Position numbers and translations under genes: made by a program
Shown here: one piece after another, positions 62,962 to 64,000 of the stretch
How the letters are laid out: each line of letters opens with the position of its first letter
Position numbering within the stretch: position 1 is the first letter of the stretch
The notes under the pieces: generated by a model
What the model saw: only the letters and a program-made list of their open reading frames with translations
The model's database searches: none
What the model was told of the DNA's origin: nothing
Source: Candidatus Cloacimonadales bacterium
GTDB taxonomy: Bacteria > Cloacimonadota > Cloacimonadia > Cloacimonadales > JAIOQZ01
Direction: 5' to 3'
Assembly: GCA_963674825.1 (NCBI GenBank)
Contig: OY771587.1
Coordinates: 1,440,001 to 1,504,000, forward strand
DNA length: 64,000 nt

Positions 62962-64000
62962 CTATTTCAGCAATAAGGTTTTACACATCTGGGAGATTCC
63001 ATTGGTTTGGAGCCTTATGAAGTAAATACCACTCGAGACCGGCTTTCCGTCATCGTCCTGTCCCTGCCACGTAACTTCGTGCGTTCCTTCCGAAAGAGTC
63101 GCATCCACAAGTGTTTTTACCTTCTGTCCGCGGATATTGTACACATTGACGGAAGCCTTCCCCTTCTTCATCGAGAAGGATATCGTAGTGCTTGGATTGA
63201 AGGGATTGGGATACGCCTTGATCTGATAAGTAACAGCCGGACTGGCCTGCTCCAATCCTGCCTCCATGCTGCTATTGACTGCGCCCGGAGTGCCATGAAT
63301 CACACTCGAAGCCTGCCAGCTTGAAGCCAGTGAGTTATCGCTGGTAGCATCCACCAGCTCGAGAGTCGGCCCGTTTCCATCCGGTTCGGCGGGCCAGGGT
63401 GCTTCGTCGTCGTATTCAACTGAATCGATGATCGTGTTGTTGGAGTTAAAAAGGCGAATCAATTCACCGCCACCGCTGAGGCCAAATCCGGTATCGCCCA
63501 CGAAATTAGTGACATTCGGATGCATCTCGGAAAACAGCTCGGAGTCTTCGCAAATCACAAGGTAGTTGTCGGCTTCCAGAATCACATCGTTCGGAATCTG
63601 GAAGGCATGGTCGTCGTCCTCGTCCTTGAATACCCAGCCGGAGATATTCACCGCTTCCGTGCCGGGATTGTAGAGCTCTACCCAGTCTTCAGTGCTGAAG
63701 TCATCCGGTGAATTGTAATTGATTTCATTGATCACCACTACACCCGTTTCACCCACCACGTTCACCGTCTCGAATTCGTACTGTGCTCGTGCGGGATAGA
63801 ATGCGCCCTGGTCACTATTCTCAGCGTAGATATAGTAGTCGATGTCGCCATAACTGGCAGTGAGATCGACACCATAGATCCCATCATTCGCGTTTCCATC
63901 GCCATGAGCGCCGTCGTCCAGCATATACACTTCGAAGAAAGAATCGGAAACATTCTCACGATAGCCAAGCAAAACCTCGTCAGCATCATCCACCTGGGCG
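62962..64000 (-). CDS. C-terminal part of a secreted protein with a lamin-tail domain and FlgD-Ig/T9SS-type domain (5' end outside the window)
   Basis: DDGAHGDG.A.DG.Y; VVINEINY...DWVELYN (LTD); YPNPFNP; frame open to the edge. Confidence 0.88.
   Translation of the reverse strand, partial: AQVDDADEVLLGYRENVSDSFFEVYMLDDGAHGDGNANDGIYGVDLTASYGDIDYYIYAENSDQGAFYPARAQYEFETVNVVGETGVVVINEINYNSPDDFSTEDWVELYNPGTEAVNISGWVFKDEDDDHAFQIPNDVILEADNYLVICEDSELFSEMHPNVTNFVGDTGFGLSGGGELIRLFNSNNTIIDSVEYDDEAPWPAEPDGNGPTLELVDATSDNSLASSWQASSVIHGTPGAVNSSMEAGLEQASPAVTYQIKAYPNPFNPSTTISFSMKKGKASVNVYNIRGQKVKTLVDATLSEGTHEVTWQGQDDDGKPVSSGIYFIRLQTNGISQMCKTLLLK

Overview
Gene-dense chromosomal window from a diderm, probably anaerobic bacterium. 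The gene content (many secreted proteins ending in a PNPFNP FlgD-Ig/T9SS-type domain, soluble TPR histidine kinases, DivIVA, amino-acid catabolism) suggests Cloacimonadota or a related FCB-associated lineage; this is inference, not a database result. Housekeeping content: tdk-yggT-divIVA-PNP-dksA-lspA, polA, degP, a complete minus-strand rRNA operon (16S, tRNA-Ile, tRNA-Ala, 23S, 5S), hutI, mutY, CIRCE-controlled clpB, lysS and yajC-def-fmt. No transposase, integrase, CRISPR array or prophage was seen. Best leads: (1) two peptidase/beta-propeller/beta-barrel fusion proteins with intact HExxH motifs, one coupled to a thioester alpha-2-macroglobulin and one to an orphan MCE protein; (2) a divergent Lys/Orn/Arg decarboxylase tightly linked to lysS; (3) a REPIN-like doublet inside a duplicated terminator, plus a second REP family; (4) a tandem pair of TPR kinases, one lacking the ATPase domain; (5) a TetR-linked operon with a secreted, atypical DJ-1 protein; (6) a lipoprotein with a caspase-like His/Cys dyad; (7) a triple palindrome array upstream of yajC. 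CDS starts were adjusted from the ORF track using RBS position.
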